From Octopus vulgaris (taxonomy: Eukaryota), in contig OX597824.1 of the NCBI GenBank assembly GCA_951406725.2, forward strand, positions 60,450,001 to 60,514,000: 64,000 nt of DNA, written 5' to 3'. A model generated the notes under the pieces. The model was not told the DNA's origin. It ran no database searches and saw nothing but the letters and a program-made list of their open reading frames with translations. Every line of letters starts with the position of its first letter. The first letter of the stretch is position 1. Shown here piece by piece: positions 25,865 to 39,242 of the stretch. Position numbers and translations under genes: made by a program.

Positions 25865-26051
25865 TTATTCTTTTACTTGTTTAAGTCATTTGACTGTGGT
25901 CATGCTGGAGTACCACATTAAAGGGTTTTTTAATTCTATCAGTCTCTTTTGCTGAACCACTAAGTTAAGGGGACATAAACACACCAACATCGGTTGAGAA
26001 GTGATGGTGGGGGACAAACACAGATAGAATGACACATACACATAAATGTAT

Positions 26052-26106
<55 letters not shown>

Positions 26107-26260
26107 CATACAATGGGCTTCTTTCAGTTTCTACCAAATCCACTCACAAGTCAGTCTGAGGCTATAGTAGAAAACACTTGCCCAAAGTGCCATGCTGTGG
26201 GACTGAACCTGGAACCATATGGTTGGGAAGCAAGATCCTTACCACACAACCATGCTTGCA
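25865..26260 (-). mobile_element. SINE family A (other minus copies at about 23550-23740, 25420-25572, 37705-38345, 47970-48375)
   Basis: Tail cttttacttgttt(c/a)agtcatttgactg and tRNA-like head, with internal CA/TA microsatellite. Confidence 0.75.
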
Positions 26261-26737
26261 TGTAATTTATTGAGGTAATGTGGTTTGCAGAAAATACCAA
26301 TTCTATCTTTTCTTCTTTTTTGGTAGATATTTAACATCATTGCGAGAATAACAATGAAATTTAATTTCACATTTATAGGATTAACCCCCAAATGGCTGGA
26401 AGGCAAAGATGATCACAGCAGAATTTGAACTCAGAACAAATGCCACAAATTATTTTTCCAATACTCTGATGACTCTGCTAATCTGCCCCATGTATGTGTG
26501 CATGTGTGTGAATGTGTTTGTGTGTGTGTGTGTGTGTATGTATCTGTGTGTATGTGCATGCGTGTGTGTGTGTGTGTGTGTGTATCTCTATATGAATATA
26601 TATGCATATATATAGTATATACCTGACATATCTCCATAGTTGTAGATGTGTTTGTTGCCTCCTGCAAGGTTTTCTATTCTATTATCAAATAAAAAATACA
26701 AACAAAAAATAAAGATATTAAAAAATACCCATTATTA

Positions 26738-27565
26738 TTGATAATGATACAATATTGAAATATTGCATATGTATGTGTGTGTATTGTTGTGTGTTTATGT
26801 GTGTCTGTGTTATAGATGTAAGATGCTCTAGGAAGAGCACAGTCGATACAGGGGTATACTTGTGGTGATGGTGGTGGGGGAAGTGGAAAGCAGACGTGCA
26901 GATTCTGGTCACACGGTTGAATGATGTATGTTAGAGTTGAGATATAAAAGTGCCACTACACATGACTAGATGCAGTGATGGTGGTGCAGCAGTGAGTTGA
27001 TGCACATGATGATTGCAATGGTGCAGAGGTGACTTCATGCATGAGGTGGGTAGGTGGTGGTATGATGCACTAGGTAGTAGTTGCAACGGTAGTGCATTGG
27101 TGACTTGATGCATGAGGTGGTTGTGTTGTGTGGGTGTTGTGGTGCTATGGTAATTTGATGCACTAGGTGGAGGTTTAGGTGGTGCAGCTGCAGTGGTAAT
27201 ACCAGTAATGATGTAGGGATGACTTGATGCACTAGCTGATGGTGTAGTGGCCATGGTGGCTAGCAATGATGGAAAGGTGGTGATAATGCCATTATGGAGG
27301 TAAAACTATGTGGCCTGGTCATTTAGGCTGCTAATCAGCTTGTGATAGTAAAATCAAAGGTTCAATCCTTGGCCCAGGTGGTGCATCGTTTCTTTGATAA
27401 TGATACAATATTGAAATATTGCATATGTATGTGTGTGTATTGTTGTGTGTTTATGTGTGTCTGTGTTATAGATGCAAGATGCTCTAGGAAGAGCACAGTC
27501 GATACAGGGGTATACTTGTGGTGATGGTGGTGTGGGAAGAGGAAAGCAGACGTGCAGATTCTGGT
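26738..27565. repeat. 172-bp direct repeat pair (26738-26909 and 27394-27565)
   Basis: Direct comparison shows about 3 mismatches. Confidence 0.9.
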
Positions 27566-29889
27566 TGCTGGGGGGATGCATCATAGATACTCTACTAGGC
27601 CAAGAGTGAGAGGGCCACAAGGGTGTATATGTCTGTTTGCTGCTACATAAGCGCTTAAATCAGATACAACATGGTATGTATGTTAGACTCTCTTGCAAGT
27701 CATGACTATCTGTACAAAGGTGGTGTTGACTTGATGCAGTATGCAGTGATGGATTGGAAAGTGCAGTGATAATTTGATGCTCTAAGTGATGATGCAATTC
27801 TGATTTGCATGTAGCAGTATGTGCAGTATGTGGTGGTGATGGTCTTGGAGTAGTAAGCATAGCAGTGACTTCTTCTTGCAACATGGTGGCAGTGCTTTTG
27901 GACTGGTAAGTGCAGCAGTGACTTGTTGCAGTATGATGTGGTGTTGGTGGTGATCGTGGAGTCGTCAGTGCAGCACCGCTGAGCTACACTGTGTTGTTGT
28001 TTCTGGTCTTGGAATGGTAAATGCAACATTGATTTGTTGTAATATGTGGTGGTAGCAGTGGTGTGCAGCATGACACAACGATGCTGCATCCAGAACACAA
28101 ATAAAAGAAGGATTTCGAATATAAATTTATTTATACAAACGCAGAATATAAATATGCACCTCACCGCTGTCTTTCACACACACACATACACACGCACGCA
28201 CACACACACACACACACACATATATCACATAAACACACAAATATATTTAGGTATAAAAACATTTAATTGTACACTAACGTATGTTTTAATTAAAACGCAC
28301 ATTTAGTTTATTTATATGAACACACGTACGTAGCCGTGCGCACATGCACACAAATACATACATACATACCTACGAATGTACACAAACACACACACACACG
28401 CACACATATGCGTATAAAATGTGTTGTTTCGATGCATTTTGAAAAATAAATCGTTGGCTCGCCGAGTGAACGGGCGCACGAGAAATGTTTGTATGTGTGT
28501 ACGTATGTGTATATGAATGTGCATGTATGTATATATGTGTGCATGTATATCTTCATGTATAGGAATGTACGTTTGTATATATATATACCCATGTATGTGT
28601 GTGTGTTTATATATATATATATGCAAACATGAATGAATATAAGTATATACATATATGCATATGTTGTTGCTTAGGCCCAGATCAGCCTTGATCGACCAGA
28701 TCTTTGAAACTATGATCAAATGCATTCCACTTCTGACCCCTTTTTCCTTTTGCATTCCAAGGGATAAGTATCTCTGGTCCTAGGCTTCCAGTTACTGGTC
28801 CACTGCATTAACTATGGCAAGAGGTACAATGACAGGGTCCAAGCAACTCTGTGGAATAAATACTACCGGGTAATATTTGTTCGACGCATCGAAAGAATCG
28901 GTAATTTTTTGCTGATGTGTCTAACTTTTGCTGAAACACAAGCATATACAATATAATATAATATAATATAAAATAACATAATATAATATATTATATTATA
29001 CACACGCACTCAAGCACTGGTCAACTCGATGCTTAAGAGACCCGTGGAGTGGTATCGAACCTAGAACTACACAGATACGAAACGAACTTTTTGACTACAC
29101 AGTAATGCCCGCATCCATTTCTGGAAGATTTCATTGCATCTGGCTATGATTTTCAGCAAATTGAGTGGCCACATTGTGACTGCCTCCTTGGCGCGTGTGA
29201 TGTGTGTGTATGCATGTGCCTAAACATGAATGAGGGTATGTATATATGCATGTGTATAAACATGAATATGTAATTACATATGCATGTGTATAAGCATGAC
29301 TATGTGTATGCATATAGGTTTATAAGCACGAATGTATGTATGCATGTATGTATGTTTTTGTCTGTCTTTAAGCATGAATGTGTGTGTAAATGATGTCCAT
29401 ATGCATGACTGCATGTGTATAAGCATAAGCACGAATGCGTGTATGCATGTTTCAGTATGAATGAGTAGACGCGCGCGCGAACGTGCGTGTGTACGTGCAT
29501 TTGTGTGTAAGCATGACTGTATATGCATGTGCTGGGTTAGTTTAACAATAGCCTTATTACAACGCAGTTACGGTACGCTGCTGTCAATACTTACCATTGT
29601 CTAACAACGGTGACATTAAATATAATAAAGAATATAAAAAACTAGATTAAACATCTACCGTAGTTCCAGGCCATTCCCAAGGCCAATTCTTACAGCAATA
29701 TTAAATATATGGAATTTGCACGTATATTAAACAATTTCGGTCATTTTACGAAATTATATTTTCTTAAAACCAGGGAAAATGCGAATTTTTACACCTTTTT
29801 TTTTCTTCATTAAAAAACTTCAGTTAATTAAATTATAGTGAATCAGGCACTGGAACCAACTGTGGCTCACCACCCTCCCTTAGTGCCCT

Positions 29890-29901
29890 AAGCACGTGCT
29901 T
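29890..29901. promoter_or_regulatory. Palindromic E-box AAGCACGTGCTT in putative intron 1
   Basis: 12-bp perfect palindrome centred on CACGTG (29893-29898). Confidence 0.35.
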
Positions 29902-31121
29902 TATCTTTGTTTAACGACGAAATGCATAAATATGAATGAATATATTTGTAAAAGTATGGATGTTTGTACGTAAATATGAGTGTAAGTATGTGCATAAACA
30001 TGAATGTATATCTATGCATAAGTTTTTTGCATGTGCTTGCCAGCATACATACGTATGAATGCTTGGGACAAAGTTTCCATGTTAGAAGAGACCGGATACA
30101 TACATTGCATGCATACATGCATACACACACGCACACACATGCATAGATACATACATGGGAGGTATATATGTAAGTACTCGTACATACGAACAAACATGTG
30201 TATTATATATATATATGTATATATATGTGTGTGTGTGTGTATTAGGCTCTTCTATACGATTACTTCAACTGCTAAAAAGAGCAGCCAGATTCTTTCAAGA
30301 AAAAAAAAAGAGGACATAGTGAAGTTCAAGATGCCCTATTGCCGAAAACAAAAACAACAAAAAAACTGATGATCACGATTGCGATGGCTTTTGATCACAC
30401 GTCTGCTCAATCACAGCTGATCTGGGGCTAAACAACGCCAGAAAACATACACATACGCACATACATACATACATACACACATGGATGCATGCATGCATAC
30501 ATAATACATATGTATGTATGTATGTATGTATGTAAACTGGAAATGTCTGTCAACGCTGGTGGAGTAAATAAGTTGAAACAAAAATATAAGTGGTGTGTGC
30601 AAGTGGCCCTGAAAGGGTTCGATTAGAAAGTATATACATTAAAAGGGTTTTAGAGGCAACAGCAACAATATGTGCAAAGTATCTTCCTATGAGGTTATAT
30701 TAATATATCTAAATACTTTATGAAAAGAAATAAAAAGGAGCCAAACTAAGCATGGCCCCAAAACAAAGACATATTTTTCAAAAAGTGACGAATCTACAAG
30801 TCATTATATACCAGTCACAACAGCAAAAATATGAAAAACTATGATATTTCTAAAAAAAGGCAAAAGTAGAAAGTGATTGATTTTCTTTTCGAACGTTTCA
30901 GTTCTTATTTACAAGTCTGACGCCGCAGGTAAACCATGCATCAACATCACAACATCACCTATACATACATACAAATATATACATATATATATATGAAAGT
31001 CACACCCCTATAGCAAAAACACTAAAAGTGTGGTGTGTGCATATAAGTATACGATATACATACACAGAAATACGTATACAAAAAAGAAACGGAATAGATT
31101 TAGTTAAAATAAGGCTCTTAC

Positions 31122-31480
31122 CTACTTAAAACGATTCTTTGTGGTTTTAAGTTACATATTTTAGTTTCCACAACTCTAAAACATCCATTTACAGCACATA
31201 ACATAGTTTTACGTTTTTTCTGAATATATTTAGCATTCCAACTTCTTCCCAGTATGTGAGTTTATCATACCAGTACTCCTTGTCCAACCTATGACGATGA
31301 TAGTGGTTATGATGGTGTTAGTGGTTATAATGATGTTGTCGATAGTGATGGTAATACTTGTGTTTTAGTCGCTTTTAACACTTCTTTCTTTTGCATTATT
31401 TCCTGTCTCTTCTATCTTATTTTCTTACCCTCTTCTTGCTCTGTCACTATCTCTTTCACTTCTCATAGATAGGCAAACAG
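31122..31480 (-). other. Probable non-coding first exon (5' UTR) of the CIPC-like gene; 5' boundary uncertain
   Basis: Strong donor TAG|GTAAGA at 31122/31121 and an alternative donor AGG|GTAAGA at 31429/31428. Unique sequence within the CpG-retaining zone. Confidence 0.45.
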
Positions 31481-31546
31481 TCGTGTGTATGCGCGCGAGT
31501 GTATGTGTGTGTGTGTGTGTGTGCGCGCGCGTAGCGTGTGTGTGGG

Positions 31547-31556
31547 TATATAAAAG
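31547..31556 (+). promoter_or_regulatory. TATA box (TATATAAAAG), canonical on the + strand
   Basis: Isolated AT element directly after (GT)n(GC)n repeats and beside the putative CIPC first exon. Confidence 0.35.
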
Positions 31557-32173
31557 CTACGCGGAAGATGTGTTGCTTTAACTTTTATTCAACAACCCAC
31601 CCTTGCTAACCATGTTTACTTTGTGCAATAACAACAATAGCAACAATTGCAACTTACAACGGTTGCCACGACTACTACTACTACTACTACTACGACGACG
31701 ACGAAGACGACAACGTCGACAAAACACCACCACAGAGGAAGAAGACAAGAGTTCTGCAAAAGTTATGATAATGATGATGATGGTTGTAATTTCTAAGCAT
31801 GTGCTGTGTGTGTGTGTGTGTGTGTGTGAAAGTGCGCGTTCGTACGTGCAATCTAAATGCGGGTGTGCAATGTACCAATATGCATAATATATATATACGC
31901 GTGCAATATTTTTTAAAGTTGTGCACCGCCTATGTGCATTTAGAGCAAGTATTTGTGCATATATTTCATATGCATGCAACAGAAGTAAACGTTTATGTTT
32001 GCAATCTGCACACACACGCACGCATACGCACACACACACACATAAACATACAGATCAATAAGAATGTAAATTTGCGTGTGTGCGCGCGTGCGTGCGTGCA
32101 AGTTTTATCGGTGTGCACACAGATATGCACTTATTTACTTATATGCATATATATATATATGTGTATGTACATA

Positions 32174-32218
<45 letters not shown>

Positions 32219-32797
32219 GTATACATGAATATACTAAATAATAATAAAGGGTAAAATTAATTAATTAATAATTAATAATTTTACCCAGTATCTCGGTATG
32301 TTAAAATAACCTTTATCGGTAACCTTATACATGAAGCAATTTGCTGAACCCTAATTATAATTATGTTTATAATTATAGAATTTATATATATATATATATA
32401 CACAACCTTTATATATAAAATAGATAAGTTGTATTTTATTTCAGTATTGGTATACAAGTGTATCTGTATGCTTGTTGCAATGTCTATATAAGTGTATGTG
32501 TATGTTTGCATGTGTGCCTATGTGTGTGTCCACTCCCTCGTCCCCAATTGTTTCAGGAACAACAACCCAGCCACCTCAAAACCCAGGAATACAAGGTAAT
32601 TATTTTTATGAATTCACCGATTAGGACAGAGGCCTTCATAAAGGGAGTATAATAGGTGGAGGGGGAGAGAAAAAAGAGGCTTGAAGAGAAAAGAAAACAA
32701 TGTTCCGAGTGTAGACTGTGTAGAATAAAAACATACATACTTATAAGTGTGTGTGTATTTAAATATATATTTATAGATAAGTGTGTGTATATTTATG

Positions 32798-32836
<39 letters not shown>

Positions 32837-32930
32837 TATATATAATATATATTTATATTTATATGGAACAGGCGACATTAACAATGGAGGGAGGAGGAAG
32901 TGGAACGAGATATAGGGAGGTGCCGAGCTC

Positions 32931-32958
32931 CACGCTTTTTGACACGTGAATTGACGCA
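32931..32958. promoter_or_regulatory. Tandem E-box element (CACGTG-N6-AGCGTG on minus strand) plus CRE-like TGACGCA
   Basis: CACGCT 32931-32936, 6-bp spacer, CACGTG 32943-32948, TGACGCA 32952-32958, in unique DNA upstream of a clock gene. Confidence 0.55.
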
Positions 32959-33287
32959 TGGCTAAAGCACAAATTGTAAACTCACACACACACAGATACA
33001 CATACATATACAAAGACACATATATACACACACAGAGACATATATATATATATACATACATAAACACATACATATATTCATACTCATTTCCCAGATATAC
33101 TGTTATGCACACGCGTACAGATTCTCCTATACGTTCGTTCACACACAACATACACATACACAAGCACATACATACATTGAGAAATACATACAAAGAGACA
33201 CTATACATACATCAAACAGAGAAAGAGAGAAAAAGAAGGGGGAAGAGAGTGAGGAAGGTTCATATAGTCGTATATACGGAACGCTAG

Positions 33288-33380
33288 CTGATTGGTGCTT
33301 TCCAAATATAGTTAAGTGGGCGTGGCTGAGACTGGTCAGGTTAGCTCGACGAGCACGTTTTCAAGTAATAGCCCGCGTGT
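33288..33380. promoter_or_regulatory. Promoter-type motif cluster: CCAAT box, GC box, E'-box, CACGCG
   Basis: ATTGG 33291-33295, GGGCGTGGC 33318-33326, CACGTT 33354-33359, CGCGTG 33374-33379 within about 90 bp of CpG-rich unique sequence. Confidence 0.45.
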
Positions 33381-34004
33381 ATTAGAGTAAGCTTCGGTTA
33401 TTGAGATAGTTATTTATAAATAGAGAGAGAGAGATGTCTGAAAATAGAGGAGAAGGAGAGAAAGATATTTATAAATAGAAAAAAAGAGAAAGATGTTTAT
33501 AGAGAGGGAGTGAAAGAAAGAAAGATATTTATAGATACAGAGAAAGAAAGATAGCTTTTATAAACAGGAGAAAAAGATGTAAATAGAGAGGTAGGGAAAA
33601 GATTTTTATAAGGAGAGGGAGAGAATGATATTTATAAATAGAGAGAGATAACTATTGCTAGAGAGAAAGCGAGAGAGAACAAGTTATAAATAGATAGATA
33701 AGTAAAGATAGATAGAATGAAAAAGTGCAAAATGAGGAAAACAGAAAAACAAAAAGGAAATAGAAGTGATTAATTTTATTATTAGAGAATAAAGGCATAA
33801 ACAAAAATACTTTGACCAGCTGAATATAGTTAAACCAGAATTAATTATTAAGAAAAAACAGAATTAATATTAATATTTCGAGGTTGTCTCCCTTGTTTGT
33901 TTTCTTTTTTTTCCCCAGACGACAGTCAAGTACTCGAGCGTCCAATGCCACACACACACGCGCGCGTGCATACATATACGTACATATATATATATATATA
34001 TATA

Positions 34005-35225
34005 TTGGATCATCCCATAAATAATGCGGTTTTTAATACTTCTTTTATTTTTCAAAATTAAGATGAACAATGTTCTTTTTGTATCTAAAATATACTCCCC
34101 TTCATTTTCTGCAATGCTCTTCATCCGGTAGATTTGAAAGGCCACCCTTCCAAAATTCACTTGTCCGTGACGAAAAATACTCCTCCAGTACTGTTCTGAC
34201 AGCATTTACAGAATTCATATTTTTTCCGTCCAAATGATTTTGAATACTGGGGAAATATCCCGGGAATATGGTAGGTGGGGTACTGTTTCCCATTCAAACT
34301 GCTCCAGCCTTGGGAATGTCATCCTTGCTGTATGTGGCCGAGCATTATCCTGATGGAAGAACACCTTTTGTCTTGAAACCGAAGATGGTTGTTTTTCTTA
34401 TAGCGCTGACTTAAGGCGCTCAAGCTGCTCGTAGTAGATCGCCTTGGTTATCGTTTGGTTTGGGTTTAAAAGTTCAAAGTGGACTAAACCTTTCATATCC
34501 CTCCAAACAGATAACACCTTATGTGAGTGAAGACCTTCTTTAACCTGGGGTGCCGGTGTTTATCATTTCCCTATCCAATGTCTTTGGCACTTGACATTTT
34601 TATAGAGAACCCATTTCTCGTCAGCAGTTGTTATTCGATCCAAAAAAAAAAAAGGTTCATTCGTGAGACGTCACAGCAAAGAAGAGCACACATTCACTCT
34701 CCGCGCGATTAGACGCAGAAAGTTTAGTGGCACGCGGGTGCCGAGGAATGGTTGAATGACCAAATCCAAGCTTCTCTGCTAGTTCCTCAAAAGTTTTGAT
34801 GGGATTTTGTTCCACTAGGGTTTGCAGGACGTCATCATCGAGCTCTAGAGATCTTCCAAGATGAGGCTCTTCGTCTAGGCTGTAGTTTCCGGCTCGGAAT
34901 CTCTGTAATCACCGTTGACACTGGTTTACGCTTATTGTCCGATCCCCATATAATGCTCCTTGCACTTTCCATTGCGTTGTTTGCTTTATTGAACTCATAA
35001 AGCAAAATATGCTGAATGTGCTCCTTTGTCATTTCCGTTATAGCTTTGAAAAAATAACTATTAAAATCGAACTGCACTCTTGAAAACTTGCATTAAGAAT
35101 AAAGAGAAGGTAAAATTACTACCTGCTTTTATAGCAAGTTGATGCAGGTAGTTTATCCCACCTCCCTCTGACTTTTAGTTCATGCAATTGAAAAAAAATA
35201 CCGTATTATTTATGGGATGAACCAA
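34005..35225 (-). mobile_element. Near full-length decayed mariner transposon
   Basis: TIRs ttggatcatcccataaataatgcgg / ccgtattatttatgggatgaaccaa with TA flanks. Transposase remnants MTKEHIQHILLYEFNK, HQDNARPHT, SIQNHLDGK, EFWKGGLSNLP. Confidence 0.9.
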
Positions 35226-36262
35226 TATATCGAGGGATAAATGGTGTTAAAATATTACTGGTGCTCCCTTCTGGGAGCTGGAACAAGAAAAGTGCTTAAA
35301 AATGAGCGGATGGGGTGCTAAGATTTGCTGACGAAGAAAAGCAAACTCAAAAGAAGAAAACCGCACTAGGACAATATTGGCAAACTGTTCAAATGCAGTC
35401 ACTGCAGCTGGGACTGCCACTCACTTTTGGGTTTCTCTTGTCACAGTAAATGCTGCTCAACCAACAAAGTCGAAGAGAGACTTTCCAAGCGTAGATCCAT
35501 GGTCCTTGAATACTAAAGGATACCTTCATGCATACATACATACATACATACATACATACATACATACATACATACATACATACATACATACGTATGTACG
35601 TACGATCTTGCGTGCACGCATGCTTGTTTGTACATTGTATGTATGTATGTATGTATGTATGTATGTATGTATGTATGTATGTATGTATGCATGTATGTAT
35701 AGGCTTCCTTTTCTCTTTTTAATTTTAGAGTAAACTTTGACCGGCCTTCTACTTGGTAGCAAGGTTGTGAAGAAAAAGCATCTTGTTTTAACCATCATCC
35801 TTTAAATCTTAAGAAGTTCTTGCACATTTTTATAGTCCCAGATATCACGGTCATTTGTAGCATATGAATTAAGGATTTGCATTCCCAAAATTCCAAGTTC
35901 AGTCATACTTTGCTCCAGACAGGTTGGTATATATCCTATTGCTTCAATAGTGTATCTTGGGTACTGGATTTGCAAACTCCTTATCAGTGGGCAGGTGATT
36001 TCCACAAAAGAACATATCTTTTCTTTGTGATACCACACAGCAACATCTGGCTGGTTGTGTTTTAACTTGGTGGCTGCTTTGACTTTTAAGTTCCACCAAT
36101 ATTCTTTTGATGCATCGATCTTAGTATGTATACATATGTGTGTGTATGTGTGTGTGTATGTCTGGTTTTATATGTTTTCTCATGCATATAGTCGCAAATG
36201 TATGTGTGTGTGTCTTTATGTATGTATAGATGTATACGCATGCAATGCACTTTTAATTTATA

Positions 36263-37498
36263 TCTTGCAGTATATATGAATTACAGTATGTGTGTGTACA
36301 TTGACTAACATATACATTTCCACAATTCTCAACCGATTTTCACCAAACTTTACACCTACATTACTTGCGTCCCAAGGATAGTCATGCATTATAATCTTTT
36401 GCCCAGAGTTCCCGCCTAAATGGACAAACCGGGATAACGGTGGTTTACACGGGTTTTTCTCTAATTCGTCGTGTGTACATAGTTTTTATGTATGTGGGGT
36501 TTTCCATACTTTTTAATCTATATGATCGTATATTGGCATTAGAGAATATTTCTTAGTGGTCTTCATATTTTTGATTTAATACTTATTTATATGTTGTAAT
36601 TGTATATTATTACTTGTTTAGAGAATATTATAAAAGTGAAAGGATTTTGTCTATTCATTTATTTCGACTGTCCACCTGCGACTAGGAACACTGTACGCGA
36701 TGGATATCCAATACCAAAGAATCTTAACCTCCATATTTAAACTGCATTAAACTTTGGCAAGCTTACCTTTACCTATTCTGAGTTACTTGAAAGTGATATT
36801 CCTTTCCCTCTCTTCTATTTGTTGATACCTTTGTTTACATACCAATGCGTTGTTTCACTTTAAGGATGCTTATTTTATCTGTCCATTATGATATTTCGAA
36901 CGCGACATCTTTTCACTATTAACTGACAAAGATTCAAAGCCGTGTTCGTGGACTGAAGTCAAACTCTTCATGTCTTCATTTTTCGTTACCTGAAGTCAAT
37001 TTCAGAGTGGTCGTACACTGTAAGCACGTAGCAAACACATTCTTTTAACTCTACTTTTTCAAGTAGGTATTATATTTCTATTTTTGATCGTACCAATCAT
37101 ACTTCTCTTCAGAAAAAATAGCTCCCTTTACTGCTGAATAAAATAAACTCGCAGAGGGGAAGTTTCAACGTCTTCCTTCTATTTCCTTACACCATTTATG
37201 TGGCTGTTTCTGAGAAGAAATTTCGCTTTCATGTTAAGCAACTAGTCATTATCCGTAATCTACTCCCAAAACACTTCAGTAGCTCTACTTTGCATCACTT
37301 GCAAACTTATATGTTCTGTGATCATTAAAGTGCAACGACCTCCTCAATAACGAGCCTTCAATTTGGTTTTCTGTTCCTAGATTAATCGTAAACATAGATT
37401 GCTGTGCTACTCATAAACCTTCTCAGTAGTTCAATTATTTCGTGAAAAAATACCACCAAAGCAACTTTGACCGTCCAAAGGACGGGTGCGTTTGCTAG
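36263..37498 (+). mobile_element. Non-autonomous Helitron; 5' end approximate
   Basis: caaccgattttcaccaaactt near the 5' end, hairpin ccgtccaaaggacgg at 37471-37485, CTAG|T end. Confidence 0.68.
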
Positions 37499-38559
37499 TT
37501 GTTCTATAAGATCAATATAGCTACGAACCCCAATATTAAAATATCACGTACACAGAGATATTTCATCTCCCTGTTATATCTATTGTGTTTTTAACACAAT
37601 AAATCCATTAGAGATGCTATCTCAGAACAAGTACTGCAGTATCTGACTTATTGACAGTGTTTACTCATTTATTATAATATATAAATGGCTATTTTAACAA
37701 TTCTTTTATTCTTTTACTTGTTTCAGTCATTTGACTGTGGTCACGCTGGAGCACCACCTTAAGCGGTTTTAGTCGAACAAATCGACCCTAGAACTTATTC
37801 GTTGTAAACCTAGTACTTATTCTATCGGTCTGTTTGTCAAACTGCTAAGTTATGGGGATGTCAACACAACAACACTGGTTGTCAAGTGATGGTGGCAAGG
37901 ACAAACACGGATACAAGCACACAAATATACACACACGCACACACAAACACACACACACGCACGAACACACACACACACACATTTCGTTTTTGGATTTGGC
38001 TTGCAAGATTCTTTATGTGAGTTCGTGTGTTGAAGCATATTCTGTTGTGTCTGGAGAGAGTTATTTTCTTTTTGAATCAAGACTATTGAAAAGTTTGCAA
38101 GATGCAACGAAAATTTTAGGAAAATAAAAATAAGGAATAAGTGGAAATTTTACTGGTGAGTGTTTTAACTTAAAAGACACAAAAAGAAAATGACTCTCCC
38201 CAGACACATGGCAGGCTTCTTTCAGTTCCTACCAAATCCACTCATTAAGTTTTAGTTGGCCTGAGGCTATAGTAGGAGGCACTTGTCCAAGGTGCTATGC
38301 AGCGGGACTGTATCCAGAACTATGTGGTTGGGAAGCAAGTACCACACAGACAAAGAATGTAGACCGCAATAGGCCCAAGTGATACGATAATTCTATGTGG
38401 TTAAATAGCATATATTCTGTTCCAAGAGTTTGTAATAACATGCTGCAATAATTCAGTAATTCAAGTAGAGAAAAGGCAACAATTTTCAGAATAAAGCATT
38501 CATAAAAACAAGGTGGAATTAAAACATATGGAACCAGTGTTACATATTGTTAGAAATGG

Positions 38560-39008
38560 TTAGCTGTGCTTTAGAAGACCTGTCAAGTCAAATGAAATCA
38601 TAGTTGTGACCAATGTTGTATAAATGGTACCTGTGCTGGTGGCATCTAAAAAGCACTCTTTGAATTTTGAGCCTCACAAAGGCAGTGACAAGTGACCGAG
38701 ACCTTTGGCAATATACTGTGTCAATTAGGTGTAAATTAGGTGGTTCACGAAGAAGATGTGTCAAGCCAAGTGGGATCATAGTCATGACCAATGATGGTAT
38801 TTTATAAAGGGCACCTGTGCCAGTGGAATGTAAAAAGTACCCACTACACTCTTGGAGTGGTTGGTATTAGGAAGGACATCCAGCTGTAGAAACTATCCAA
38901 ATCAGATTGAAACCTGGTGCCACTCTCCAGCTTACCAGTTTTCTGTCAAACTGTCCAACCCATGCCAGTGTGGCGAATGATGATGACGCTGGTAATGATG
39001 ATGATGAT
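38560..39008 (+). mobile_element. RTE 3'-UTR-derived element
   Basis: Homologous to 43640-44100, with (TGA)n tail. Confidence 0.65.
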
Positions 39009-39242
39009 AGTGCATGTGGTAAGGTAGTTGGTAAATGAAAAGTTATGGTCAATTGCTGTTTTGTTCAATTGAAATGTGTGGAAATAACAGTAGCTGGAAT
39101 AGTAATTGGAAATAACTGATTCTATTCTGGTTGAATTCTGGGTGAAGAGACAGCAGATTTTGCTTCATTCTACCAAAAAGGAGAGGCTGAGTAGATTTGA
39201 GTTCCTGTTTATATAGTCAGTGCCTATCTGAGAAATGGAGGT

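Noticed and set aside
31603-31887. 94-aa ORF with poly-N/L/R/M runs as a protein gene
   Set aside because: Built from trinucleotide microsatellites; kept only as part of the speculative divergent transcript.
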